NCBI GenBank assembly: GCA_041746575.1
Contig: JBGTGT010000011.1
Location: 64,001-128,000 of the forward strand
DNA length: 64,000 bases
Source of the DNA: Microcystaceae cyanobacterium
Lineage (GTDB): Bacteria > Cyanobacteriota > Cyanobacteriia > Cyanobacteriales > Microcystaceae
Reading direction: 5' to 3'
The notes beneath the pieces are model-generated. The model had not been told where the DNA came from, searched no databases, and saw only the letters and a program-made list of their open reading frames with translations. The position numbers and the translations under genes were made by a program. Shown piece after piece: positions 31,658 to 41,523 of the stretch (positions within the stretch are counted from its first letter, which is position 1; each line of letters starts with the position of its first letter).

Positions 31658-32122
31658 ATGAACGAACCAGATTGGCAAAGCGTACAAGGAATCATTCAAG
31701 GGGGACATAAGGTGGCTTCCGGTCAAGCCTTGAATAGTCCTTATCCCAATGGTACAATTGCCATGCAAATCCCTTTTTTTCGAGCTTTAGGCTTAAATTT
31801 AGGCGATTTGTTTAGGGGAACACTTAACGTTTCAATTCAGCCATTAATCTGGGAAATGACTCATCCTGCTTTAACATTTTCTCAAGTGATGTGGACAGAT
31901 AAACACCCTCCTGAAGATTTTTCTTTTTCCGCTTGTCTGCTTCTTTTTAATCAAATTCGCTACCCTAGTTGGATTTATTATCCTCATCCTAAAACCAAAA
32001 AACGCCACTTCCAAAATCCCTCAGTCATCGAAATTATTGCTCCTTTGATCAAGGATATCAAAGAAGGACATCCCGTCATTGTTGAGTACAACTCCTTAGA
32101 AATTACGGTCAAGGGATTGTAG
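31658..32122 (+). CDS. Hypothetical protein, possible riboflavin-kinase-like barrel
   Basis: G.I..GH.VASG...GTLNVSI...IEIIAP pattern; ATG 31658. Confidence 0.7.
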   Translation: MNEPDWQSVQGIIQGGHKVASGQALNSPYPNGTIAMQIPFFRALGLNLGDLFRGTLNVSIQPLIWEMTHPALTFSQVMWTDKHPPEDFSFSACLLLFNQIRYPSWIYYPHPKTKKRHFQNPSVIEIIAPLIKDIKEGHPVIVEYNSLEITVKGL

Positions 32123-32230
32123 ATTGACTGCGATGACTTCTTTTTAACGCTCAATCAAAAGGCTCAAGTCCCTTATCTCGAACTTGCTGAGGGATTTTGT
32201 CAATATTATGCCGATTTTAGCCCAAAACCC

Positions 32231-33334
32231 CTAAGCATTTGACGCATAAGTGGGAAAATCGATATACCCCTCTGCGTCGGGAGAATACCAATCTTTCATC
32301 TCTGCTTCGGGATTAAGCGGCCAATTGTGGCGAAATCGTGCTACTAAGTCTGGATTGCTAATAAAAGGACGCCCAAATGAGATTAAATCAGCATTTTCCT
32401 CTGTAATAACCTCTTCTGCACTCTCTTGGGTATAACTGCAATTTCCCATCAATGAATTTTGGAAAAGGGGACGAAATTCCGCCAGCGTTAAGGGTTCTCC
32501 TAAACCATGAAAGCCGAATCCTAGCCCATCTATGACGTGAAGATACGCTAAGCCAAATTGATTTAATTGTTCAGCCACATAAAAAAAGGTTTCTTGGTAA
32601 TCTGGCGATCCCATGTCATTATAAGCCCCATTAGGAGATAAACGAACACTTATTCGATTAAAGGGTAATACTGTTCCGATAGCTTCCACAATCTCCTTGA
32701 GAAAGCGATAACGATTTTCTAAAGACCCCCCATAGCGATCGCTCCGATGATTGGTTTTAGACTGTAAGAAGGTATCAATGAGATAACCGTTAGCAGAATG
32801 GATTTCTACTCCGTCAAATCCAGCAATCTTGGCTTTTTCTGCCGCTTTTCGATAATCTTCTACAATTAAAGGGATTTCTTCTGTTTCCAAAGCGCGAGGG
32901 GTTTCGTAGGGTTGTTTTCCTTTAGGGGTGTGAATATAGTCGCCATTAATTTTGATAGCGGAAGGGGCAACGGGTAATTGTCCGTTATTCTGAAAATCAC
33001 TGTGAGAAGCCCGTCCACAGTGCCATAATTGCATAAAAATAGGTGTTTCTTGTTGGTGAACTGCTTCAACCACCTGCTTCCATCCTTGCATCTGTTCATT
33101 AGTATAAATACCGGGGGTTTGCTGCCAGCCATTGGCTTGAGGCGAAATTACGGTTGCTTCTGTGATTAGGAGTCCGGCTGATGCCCGTTGTTGATAATAT
33201 TGTGCCATCATTGGATTGGGAACTCGTTCGATTCCAGCTCTAGCGCGGGTCATAGGGGCAAGAACAATCCGGTTTTCTAGGATTAAATCCCCTAATTTGA
33301 AGGAAGTGAACAGATTTTGAGAAATGGCATTCAT
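32231..33334 (-). CDS. Old yellow enzyme / alkene reductase (NemA-like)
   Basis: LAPMTRAR, QLWHCGR, GFDGVEIHSANGYL, RLSP, FGRPFISNPDL. Confidence 0.93.
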   Translation of the reverse strand: MNAISQNLFTSFKLGDLILENRIVLAPMTRARAGIERVPNPMMAQYYQQRASAGLLITEATVISPQANGWQQTPGIYTNEQMQGWKQVVEAVHQQETPIFMQLWHCGRASHSDFQNNGQLPVAPSAIKINGDYIHTPKGKQPYETPRALETEEIPLIVEDYRKAAEKAKIAGFDGVEIHSANGYLIDTFLQSKTNHRSDRYGGSLENRYRFLKEIVEAIGTVLPFNRISVRLSPNGAYNDMGSPDYQETFFYVAEQLNQFGLAYLHVIDGLGFGFHGLGEPLTLAEFRPLFQNSLMGNCSYTQESAEEVITEENADLISFGRPFISNPDLVARFRHNWPLNPEAEMKDWYSPDAEGYIDFPTYASNA

Positions 33335-33441
33335 ATTAGGCCTAGATGTGTAATTTTATTCTTTTATATGGGATATCAGTAGTCAAAAATAAAGTCAAGT
33401 ATCAAAGGGTAGAATAGTCCTATAGAATGCAAAATTTTTGC

Positions 33442-33933
33442 TCATTTATCAATAATCAACTGTTTTCCAAATGGCTGACTGCTTAATAAGTTTAATACTT
33501 TGTTCGGTGCAATATTAAATAATAAAAGGCTGGGATAAACAGCTATTTGCCAAAGAGGATGGTCTAAAACTTTGCACCCTTCTGGTGTCTTATAATAAGG
33601 AAAACCTAATAATTGATGAACCACTTCAATCACATCAAAATTAACTTTTCCTTGGGTTTTATTAAAAGCATAGCCATCTTTTGGGTCAATAATTTCGCTT
33701 AAGCTATCTTGAGTTTGACAATGCCATTGAATATTTTGTGCTAAGGAAATAAAATGTTGTCTCAATCGCTGTTTTTCCTGCTCAATGAGTATATTATCGT
33801 CTCTTAAAGATAACTGGGATTTTAATAAAATAATAATAACTGATTCCGGCATTGATGACCAGTCCGGTAATAAATCGAGATAATGATTCTCGATAAAAGA
33901 TGTCGGAGATTTTATATAAATTTCTGTAGTCAT
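33442..33933 (-). CDS. MMADHC/CblD-like protein
   Basis: EK..L...F, IDP..G, GCKVL.HP.W...VYP pattern. Confidence 0.65.
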   Translation of the reverse strand: MTTEIYIKSPTSFIENHYLDLLPDWSSMPESVIIILLKSQLSLRDDNILIEQEKQRLRQHFISLAQNIQWHCQTQDSLSEIIDPKDGYAFNKTQGKVNFDVIEVVHQLLGFPYYKTPEGCKVLDHPLWQIAVYPSLLLFNIAPNKVLNLLSSQPFGKQLIIDK

Positions 33934-34008
33934 AGAAATATTTTTTAAATGAAGAAAAAAGGATTACATCAGCAATCAATCGGCATTATTGGGTGGCGAT
34001 CGCTCCCC

Positions 34009-34599
34009 TTACTTTGAGTGAAAACCCACTTTATCTATGGGTTGTTTTTTAATAAAAATGGGAGAAGAGGGTTTATCAAAATTCAGTTCAATTAAATTAT
34101 TTTGAAAATCATTTCCGACTTGATTTCCCGAAAATAAATCTAATATTTTTCGACCTGATTTAAAAACCATTAATGAGATACCACTTCCTTGTCCTGTTGC
34201 TTCAGAGATATAGTAATTGAACTCTCCAACCCTAAAAAAAATCAGATTTTCTCCTGTGTGAGGACTGGTTGAGCGGCTAAATATCCAGAACGGATTTGAA
34301 CGGGTAGCAATTTTTTCCATTTCAACCTTGCCAATTGCGCCATATCGGTAAACCATTTTTCCGAAAGGTTCTTGCTGTTCGTCTGTGCAAAGCGACAAGA
34401 TTTTGCCATTTTTAATTAAGTTATATCCTCTCCTATTTCCTGTTCCATAATATTCAATCTTCGCCATTTTTGCATTAAGATAAGCAAATTCCCCCGATTT
34501 ACAATGGGTGGGAAAATCGCGACTTTCCTGTGAAAATAACGGTTGGCTCCCAAAAATACTTAAAATTAGTGTAATCGAAAAAGGTAATGTATTTTTCAC
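34009..34599 (-). CDS. Hypothetical exported protein
   Basis: Signal peptide; two Cys; YRYG motif. Confidence 0.7.
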   Translation of the reverse strand: MKNTLPFSITLILSIFGSQPLFSQESRDFPTHCKSGEFAYLNAKMAKIEYYGTGNRRGYNLIKNGKILSLCTDEQQEPFGKMVYRYGAIGKVEMEKIATRSNPFWIFSRSTSPHTGENLIFFRVGEFNYYISEATGQGSGISLMVFKSGRKILDLFSGNQVGNDFQNNLIELNFDKPSSPIFIKKQPIDKVGFHSK

Positions 34600-34603
34600 C
34601 TTA

Positions 34604-36178
34604 TTAACTTCTCCATTGTTGTAAAAGGTCTTTTAAGCGATAAAAAGATTTCTTAGGTTTTCCCTCAGTATTGAGTAACCCTCCATGGGGCCAAAAATGA
34701 TTAATTTGATCTGATAAATCCCACCAAGTAATCGCTTCAATGTAGGGTTTACTATAACAAAGGGTATAAAACTGCTCAATCCAGTCAGCTTGAATCGTTT
34801 CCGACCAAGGTTTGTGCCATAATCCAAAAGGAGTTTTCATGAAAGAATTTTCATCTTCCGTTGTTGCAGAAGGCACCCCTAATTCAGTGAGGTGAATCGT
34901 TTTTCCCAACCTGCCAAATCGTTCCAATAAGCGGTCAATTTCCAATAAATCATGATTAGGATAATAAAGTTGTAAACCAATCGCTTCAAAGGGAACTTCT
35001 GCGTCTAAACAGGCTTTCATATATTGATAAGGCGTATCCGGATTTGTGGTTTCATTCGTTCGATATCTGGCCCACAAACAACAATTATTAATAATTCGAA
35101 AGGTATCAGGATTCCCTTGATGACAGGAAACCGACGCGATTTTGGTTAATTCAACTAATTCTTCAACGGTATAATTGGGTTGATTGGCAAAAGATAACCC
35201 ACTCCCTTCATTGATCACATCATAATAAGGCAAGCGATCGCCAAAATATTGAGTAACTTCTCTAATATGATCAGCAATTTTTACCTGCATTGAACTAAAA
35301 CTTTGATCTTGCAACCAATCGGGCAATCCATATTCTGCAAACCAAACTAAAGGATGACCTTTGGGCGTAATTTGGTGCTGATTTAACCAAGCAATCGTTT
35401 TGTCTAAATCTTCATATTTTTTCTGTCCTTTTTGTGGTTCGAGACTCTGCCAATATAATGGAATCGTCGCAAAATCAAATAACTCAGTAAAATAGGTTCG
35501 GTAAGATTTATCTGCTTCAGAAAAGCCAAAAAAATTACAGCCAAAGTGGAAATCAGGACGCTTTCCTCGATGTTGAATCTCCCATTTCGCTTTTCCTAAA
35601 ACGGCTTCTTCCCCTGCCCATAAACTTTCGTACAGACTTTGTTGACACCAACCAACTTGTTCTGAAGAATCAAGACTATTTTTGGCGTTATTTAAATAAA
35701 TTTGGGCTCGGCGTAGACGTTGAGATACCCTTACTGGTAACAGAAACCCTGACCTTTTCCAAGATTTAATCACCGTCCGAACGCGAAATAAGCGTGTTTC
35801 AGCGAGTTCTACATTCAAATTCAGAGGAAAATCCGAAGCAGTATAACCTCTGCCTTGATTATCAGCATATAGCGTTACTTCGCCAAAACCGTATACCTGA
35901 AGTCCCATTGCAATAACAACAGGAAAGTTTGGTAAAGCTGTCTGTAATTTTCCTTTTTCTGCCTGACGAAGGGGATTTAAAATCGGGTTTTCTTCCTTGT
36001 CTAAAAAATAAAGTCCTCCCCAATCTGAAGCACTAAGAGGATTACTCCGAAAATCAAAGCCTTCAATAATAACCATTGTGTTTGACATTGTTGCCCAAAG
36101 TGAGTGGACACAAATCGTTTCAATCAGTGAAAAAAGGGTTAATGCCCCTGTAAATTGCAAAAAATGACGACGACGCAT
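34604..36178 (-). CDS. GH10 glycoside hydrolase (xylanase-like) with Tat signal
   Basis: MRRRHFL at ATG 36178; KGHPLVW, DVINE (acid/base), HLTELG (nucleophile). Confidence 0.88.
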   Translation of the reverse strand: MRRRHFLQFTGALTLFSLIETICVHSLWATMSNTMVIIEGFDFRSNPLSASDWGGLYFLDKEENPILNPLRQAEKGKLQTALPNFPVVIAMGLQVYGFGEVTLYADNQGRGYTASDFPLNLNVELAETRLFRVRTVIKSWKRSGFLLPVRVSQRLRRAQIYLNNAKNSLDSSEQVGWCQQSLYESLWAGEEAVLGKAKWEIQHRGKRPDFHFGCNFFGFSEADKSYRTYFTELFDFATIPLYWQSLEPQKGQKKYEDLDKTIAWLNQHQITPKGHPLVWFAEYGLPDWLQDQSFSSMQVKIADHIREVTQYFGDRLPYYDVINEGSGLSFANQPNYTVEELVELTKIASVSCHQGNPDTFRIINNCCLWARYRTNETTNPDTPYQYMKACLDAEVPFEAIGLQLYYPNHDLLEIDRLLERFGRLGKTIHLTELGVPSATTEDENSFMKTPFGLWHKPWSETIQADWIEQFYTLCYSKPYIEAITWWDLSDQINHFWPHGGLLNTEGKPKKSFYRLKDLLQQWRS

Positions 36179-36336
36179 AAAGAATAAATGATAAAAAAGG
36201 CTGAATGAATGATCTAAAATGAAGAGCAAAAATTCTGTGCAAAATCCCCTACAATAAAGATTCTTTAACAGAATTAACAAAGTTTAAGATAACATATCAA
36301 CTAAACGGTGTGTGCGGTGAACGGGAGTCACTAACC

Positions 36337-38283
36337 ATGAATCAATCCTCTAACTCGGTAGCAGGTGCATTTGCTCAGAAATTTGGCTTCTGGGCCAAAA
36401 GAAATGCTAATAACTGGCAACTATGGGCAGTTCTCATCATTATTCTCTCTGGCAGTGCGGGATTTATGGCGACAACGGCTTTGTTTAAACTACCCAAAAC
36501 CCCCCAATGCGCTCGCATTTTTTGGCCAATTGCCTCCGCCTCTTTACGATTTTATTGCGCCGATTTAGAAGCCGAAAAAGGAACCGCCGAAGGATTATTA
36601 ACCGCTATCAAGCTCGTAGAAGCCCTTCCTGCCAATCATCCCCTTCGTCACCAAGTAGATCTTCAAGCCGAAGAATGGGCAGAACAAATTTTAGTCCTTG
36701 CGGAAGAAGAATTTCAAGCCGGCCAATTTAGCCAAGCCATGGAAAGTGCGCAAAAAATTCCCCAAAAATCCAAAGCTTATGCCCTTGTTGCTGAAAAAAC
36801 CGAAAAATGGCGCAGTATTTGGCAAGAAGCGAAAGATGTCTTTGCCGATATCGAAGAACAACTACGGGAGAGCAATTGGAATTTAGCCTTTCGCTATGCC
36901 GTTAAACTCTTAACCCTCGATAATCAATATTGGGCAACGACGAAGTATGACGAAGCTGTCGATAATATTCAGGTGGCTAGGGAAGAAAGCCGCAGAATGG
37001 ACGATGCTTTTGTGGTCATGGAGCGAGGCGGAGTAGATAATTGGTTAAAAGCGGTAGAAGTTGCTGAAAAAATCGCCCCCGAAAGTTACGCCTATCGACA
37101 AGCCCAAAAATTAATCACCACCGTCAAAGAAAAAATTACCACTCACATTATAGAATTACTCGATAAACGAGACTGGAATGCCATTGCTAACGTCACCAGT
37201 CGGATTCCGAATAGTCTAGACTTAACCAAAGAATTGATCTCATGGCGTACTATTGCCAGTGCGGGATTAGATGCCGATTTAGGCACCGTAGAGGGACTCA
37301 AAGCCGCTATGGTCAGTTTAGAGCAACTTGAACCCTCCGACCCCTTTTACAGTGATGCTCAAACCCTCATCAGTCGCTGGAAAATGGAAATTGAAGATGT
37401 CACCCACCTTGCGCAAGGACGTGACTTAGCCAGAGAAGGCAATATTGAGGGCTTACAGGCGGCCATTACCGAAGTTCGCCAAATTCCGCAAGGCAACCCT
37501 CGTTACTCAGAAGCCGTGCAGGAAAGCCGCGATTGGAATCGCCAAATTCAAATTCTTGAAGATCAGCCCATCTTAGATCAAGCCCGCGCCTTAGCCGTTG
37601 GCGGCAATATTAACGACTTACAAAAAGCGATCGCTCAAGCCAATCTGATTGGTGCTAATCGAGCATTACATCAGGAAGCAAAAGAGAATATCTACACGTG
37701 GCAACGCAAAATCGAACGCCAAGAAGACCAGCCTATCTTAGATCAAGCCATTGCGCTGGGGAATATTCAAGATTATCCTACTGCCTTAAAGACGATTGGA
37801 CAAATTGCCCAAGGAAGAGTGCTTTATCCGGAAGCTCAAACCCACGCGAAACGCTGGCGCAGGGAAATACAAGCACAGCAAGATTTAGCCCAAGCCTATC
37901 AACTTGCCAAAGCCAATACTCCAGAAGCCCTACTGAATGCTATGGATATCGTACGACGGATTCCCAACAGTACAGATGCCCGCAGTCAAGCCGCTGCCGC
38001 CGTGAATCGTTGGAGTTATCAGGTTCTTAATACCGCCCGACAAAAGGGAGATTTAGGACAATATCGAGAAGCGATCGCCCTTGCCCGACGAATTCCCTCA
38101 GAAAGTGATGCCCATTCTTCTGCGGCAAACCAAATTGATCTCTGGAAACGCTTAATTACCCCTCCCCCTGTTGCATCCGAACCCCTACAACCCTTTCCTG
38201 CTGCTGTGCCTACCCCCAGTCAGCCCCCAGAAGCCACCCAAACTCGCTATGATGAATCTGAGGCTACTGCGCCTGCTCCTTAG
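36337..38283 (+). CDS. Membrane-anchored helical-repeat protein, conserved in cyanobacteria
   Basis: N-terminal TM, C..IFWP.ASAS.R.YCA motif, repeated EDQPILDQA / AI..A..IP units. Confidence 0.8.
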   Translation: MNQSSNSVAGAFAQKFGFWAKRNANNWQLWAVLIIILSGSAGFMATTALFKLPKTPQCARIFWPIASASLRFYCADLEAEKGTAEGLLTAIKLVEALPANHPLRHQVDLQAEEWAEQILVLAEEEFQAGQFSQAMESAQKIPQKSKAYALVAEKTEKWRSIWQEAKDVFADIEEQLRESNWNLAFRYAVKLLTLDNQYWATTKYDEAVDNIQVAREESRRMDDAFVVMERGGVDNWLKAVEVAEKIAPESYAYRQAQKLITTVKEKITTHIIELLDKRDWNAIANVTSRIPNSLDLTKELISWRTIASAGLDADLGTVEGLKAAMVSLEQLEPSDPFYSDAQTLISRWKMEIEDVTHLAQGRDLAREGNIEGLQAAITEVRQIPQGNPRYSEAVQESRDWNRQIQILEDQPILDQARALAVGGNINDLQKAIAQANLIGANRALHQEAKENIYTWQRKIERQEDQPILDQAIALGNIQDYPTALKTIGQIAQGRVLYPEAQTHAKRWRREIQAQQDLAQAYQLAKANTPEALLNAMDIVRRIPNSTDARSQAAAAVNRWSYQVLNTARQKGDLGQYREAIALARRIPSESDAHSSAANQIDLWKRLITPPPVASEPLQPFPAAVPTPSQPPEATQTRYDESEATAPAP

Positions 38284-38376
38284 TGAGGGAAAGTCGGCAG
38301 ATTTTACAGTTTAGCGTTAATGGTTTCCGATTCCCCTCTTTTACTTAATCTTCTTATCCCGAATTCAGGTTGATTT

Positions 38377-38595
38377 ATGAGAAAATTTACCAATTTGCTC
38401 AGTATTTTACTGATATCGGTTTGGATCGGCTCAATCGCTATTTTTTCGATTCAAAACATTCAACTCGTTTCCCTGCAGTTTTTGGCTTGGCAATCGCTTC
38501 AACTGCCAATTGGGGTATTATTAGCATTTTGTTTGGTATTTGGCTTAATTTTCTCAGCTCTGTTACCTCTTTTTTGGACAGGCGTTAAACGATAA
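38377..38595 (+). CDS. LapA/DUF1049-like small membrane protein
   Basis: IAIFSIQN...VSL.FL...S..LP.G. Confidence 0.75.
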   Translation: MRKFTNLLSILLISVWIGSIAIFSIQNIQLVSLQFLAWQSLQLPIGVLLAFCLVFGLIFSALLPLFWTGVKR

Positions 38596-38605
38596 TCGGA
38601 ACGGA

Positions 38606-40099
38606 TTACGAATCAACCTGATAATCATCTTTGCAAGATTCGGCCGCTTTTGGCGTTTTTTGAGCGGTTTGATACTTAATCGGCGAAGGTAATAGTTCTA
38701 ACTGACGAGATGTATTATGATCAGCGTCTTTCTTATCTCCTCGTCGTCGCTGAGCGGTTCTCTCTTCTGTCGTATCTTCAGCAATCACTTCATACATTAC
38801 GGCTAATTTTCGACCCTCTTTACTTTTGCGTAAAATACGGCCTAATCGTTGCACAAATTCTCGTGTTGAGCCTGTTCCCGATAAAATAATGGCATACTTA
38901 ACGGCCGGAACATCCACCCCTTCATTTAAGACATGGGACGTGACAAGGGTCGTATATTCTCCTAAGCGAAAACGAGTTAAGATAGCGTGACGTTCTTTAA
39001 CAGGGGTTTGATGGGTAATCGCCGGAATCAGAAAGGCTTGGGAAATACGATACACTGTCGCATTGTCATTGGTAAAAATCAAAAGAGAGTCAGGATGATG
39101 TTTTTCGATCAAATCAGCTAAAATACGCAATTTTCCAGCCGTTCCTGCTGAAATATCCTTTGCTTCTCGATGCGCCAACATAGCACGTCGTCCGGCGGCA
39201 CTTCTAGCACTCGCTTGCACAAATAACTGCCAACCATTGAGACTACTTAAGGAAATATTGGCACTGCGCAGAAAATCATTACGGGTTTTAATGGCTTGAT
39301 CGTAGCATTCTCGTTCTTCTGGCGATAATTTAACCTTAATTTGGACAATCTGATGCTCTGCGAGGGTATCTCCAGCTAATTCATCTACTCCCTTACGATA
39401 AATCACCTCACCAATCAAACTATCCAACGCTTGATGACTCCCATCACTGCGATCGGGCGTAGCCGTTAATCCTAAGCGATAGGGAGCGATCGCATATTCA
39501 GCAATCACTCGAAAGAAATCAGTGGGTAAATGGTGACATTCATCGAAAATCTGCAAGGCGTATTGATTACCCAAGGTTTCAGCATGAATTGCCGCACTAT
39601 GATAAGTTGATATCAAAATCGGGGTTTTATCCTTTGATCCTCCTCCTAATAAACCAATCTCAACCCCTCTAAAAGCGTCACTGAGTTGGGCAAACCATTG
39701 GTGCATCAAATCAAGTGTCGGCACCAAAATGAGAGTGGTACGGGGGGTAGATTGCATCGCCATCTGTGCTAAATAGGTCTTTCCTGCCGCCGTTGGCAGA
39801 ACAATAACGCCGCGACGGCCAGCTTTTTTCCATGCGTTTAAGGCTTCCGTTTGATGGGGATAAGGATCACGCTCTTGGCTGAATTGAAAGTCTAAGGCGG
39901 TAAATTCCTTAGCCTTATCGATAAAAGCGGTATCAGTGGACTGTAACGTTTCAATAAGGGTGCGATAGTGCATCGCAGGAATCCGAAATTTCTCAATGCG
40001 ATCATCCCAGGTGGCTAAGTCAATCCATGCTTTTCCTTTGGGGGGGGGATGGAGAATTAACGTTCCGCGATCGTATTTTAGAATGGGATCACGAGGCAT
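38606..40099 (-). CDS. XPB/Rad25-like SF2 helicase
   Basis: PTAAGKT, DECHH, GLTAT, LNEGVDVP, QRLGRILR. Confidence 0.9.
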   Translation of the reverse strand: MPRDPILKYDRGTLILHPPPKGKAWIDLATWDDRIEKFRIPAMHYRTLIETLQSTDTAFIDKAKEFTALDFQFSQERDPYPHQTEALNAWKKAGRRGVIVLPTAAGKTYLAQMAMQSTPRTTLILVPTLDLMHQWFAQLSDAFRGVEIGLLGGGSKDKTPILISTYHSAAIHAETLGNQYALQIFDECHHLPTDFFRVIAEYAIAPYRLGLTATPDRSDGSHQALDSLIGEVIYRKGVDELAGDTLAEHQIVQIKVKLSPEERECYDQAIKTRNDFLRSANISLSSLNGWQLFVQASARSAAGRRAMLAHREAKDISAGTAGKLRILADLIEKHHPDSLLIFTNDNATVYRISQAFLIPAITHQTPVKERHAILTRFRLGEYTTLVTSHVLNEGVDVPAVKYAIILSGTGSTREFVQRLGRILRKSKEGRKLAVMYEVIAEDTTEERTAQRRRGDKKDADHNTSRQLELLPSPIKYQTAQKTPKAAESCKDDYQVDS

Positions 40100-40291
40100 T
40101 TTAGAATAGGTTGCTTGATGTTGACAGTAAAAGCATTAGGGGCTACTTTGGCAAATTCTGGGTTCACCGAGTCCATTTAATCCACAGAGGGTGTTCTCTG
40201 CCTAAGCGTTACATTGCTTCTATCCTACGATGGTATGAACTAAACACAAAAATAAATACCGATATGTAATATTCAGAGTGACAGACTTATT

Positions 40292-40352
40292 TCTGTAAAG
40301 TTATGAAACATTAACTTGACAGAGTGTTTTTTTATTTTGTAACTTTTAATAC
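40292..40352. promoter_or_regulatory. HLR1-like repeat, TTGACA/TAACTT promoter and overlapping NtcA box
   Basis: GTA-ACTTTTAA-TAC at 40339-40352; TTGACA at 40316-40321; minus-strand GTTTCATA-ac-TTTACAGA near 40292-40309. Confidence 0.55.
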
Positions 40353-40523
40353 AGACAGATCGCATTTTTTGTATGGCACTTCCTCAAAAGAGAAGATGCG
40401 TTGATGCCCAAATCCTCAGCTATTGTTAAGGTTTCTAGGTGGCATTTTTCACGCTGCTTTCTGTCGTCAATTGCAATTCAGGGTCATTTATAACGATTTT
40501 GAGATTTTTTGTCGGAGTTTAAT

Positions 40524-40775
40524 ATGGTTAGCACCTCAAATTTACCGAAAGTTTCCCGTATTCGTTGGTGTTCTTTACCGTCCAATGGACAAAGACCAAC
40601 GCCACCGTCCTTAGAAAGAAATACATGGGTTCAATTACTCAAACCTCTAACCCCTTATTGTCACTCGGAAGCATTGCTCTTGTGTCCCCTCTCAGACAGT
40701 CAATGGGTTGCGTGGATTCCCGATCATGGAGAAACGATTCTGAATCTGGATCAAGTCTGTTTACTGGCCGCCTAA
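40524..40775 (+). CDS. Small conserved cyanobacterial hypothetical protein
   Basis: WV.LL....PY...EALLLC......WVAWIPDHGE pattern; ATG 40524. Confidence 0.7.
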   Translation: MVSTSNLPKVSRIRWCSLPSNGQRPTPPSLERNTWVQLLKPLTPYCHSEALLLCPLSDSQWVAWIPDHGETILNLDQVCLLAA

Positions 40776-40888
40776 GATGGGATTGAGCCTATTTAGGGGG
40801 TACGATCATGAGATTTGTTGAACCCCCCCACGACAAGCTAGATTGATCGCCCTACGCTAACGCATCACGGTCTGAAGATACCCCCCGT

Positions 40889-41518
40889 TTAATCAAACCA
40901 ACCAATATCACTATCTGAGAGGGTCGGTGTTGATTTGGGGGCAACATAGCGTGTGGGCCGAGATGGAGCTTTCAAAGTCATCATAGGCGGTTTATTTGCT
41001 TTTTTCGGCTGTTCTTCCTCTTTTTCAAAACGTTGAAGTTTACCGTAGAGGGTTTCGACCAGTTTTTGTTCTGCCGCTAACTGAGACTGCAATGCTTGAT
41101 AATCTTCTAATTGAGCCGTTAATTGTTGAATTTCTCCAGAGCGATCGGCTAATCCGGCTTTTTTTTGCTCTGTTGTGTCTAATTCGCCTTGAAGGTCTTG
41201 AATCGCTTGATCTTTCTGCTGAAGAGTCGTTAATTGCTCATTTAATTGATATTCTAAAGACTTGATGTGATTATTTTGGTCTTCAATGGTTTTTCCTAAA
41301 TCGGTCATCTTAGCAGTGGCTTCTTCTTCACTTTTTTGAGCTTCTGCTAAGGCTTGAGTTAAGTCTAATACTTGTTTTTCCAGTTCTGCCTTGGTCAGAC
41401 GAGAACGGGAGGAATCGCTAGGAAAAGATGGGTCTTTTCCGACAACATCAGGAGATACTAAGGGATTTTCTGGGTTAACTCCCTCTTTTATAAGGTCTGA
41501 CATCCGTTTTCTTGTCAT
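40889..41518 (-). CDS. mcdB: Probable carboxysome positioning protein McdB (type 2)
   Basis: Directly after a ParA; basic N-terminus MTRKRMSDL, Gln-rich coiled coil, C-terminal IGWFD. Confidence 0.7.
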   Translation of the reverse strand: MTRKRMSDLIKEGVNPENPLVSPDVVGKDPSFPSDSSRSRLTKAELEKQVLDLTQALAEAQKSEEEATAKMTDLGKTIEDQNNHIKSLEYQLNEQLTTLQQKDQAIQDLQGELDTTEQKKAGLADRSGEIQQLTAQLEDYQALQSQLAAEQKLVETLYGKLQRFEKEEEQPKKANKPPMMTLKAPSRPTRYVAPKSTPTLSDSDIGWFD

Positions 41519-41523
41519 GGCAT

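Noticed and set aside
36365..38030. Short alternative-frame and antisense ORFs in the track (here and e.g. 1185, 4358, 7198, 11141, 23178, 40996, 48682, 53974)
   Set aside because: They overlap well-supported genes and have no recognisable motifs; treated as shadow ORFs
38606..40099. SF2 helicase as part of a defence or restriction system
   Set aside because: No adjacent methylase, nuclease or other defence gene; matches the ordinary XPB-like cyanobacterial helicase
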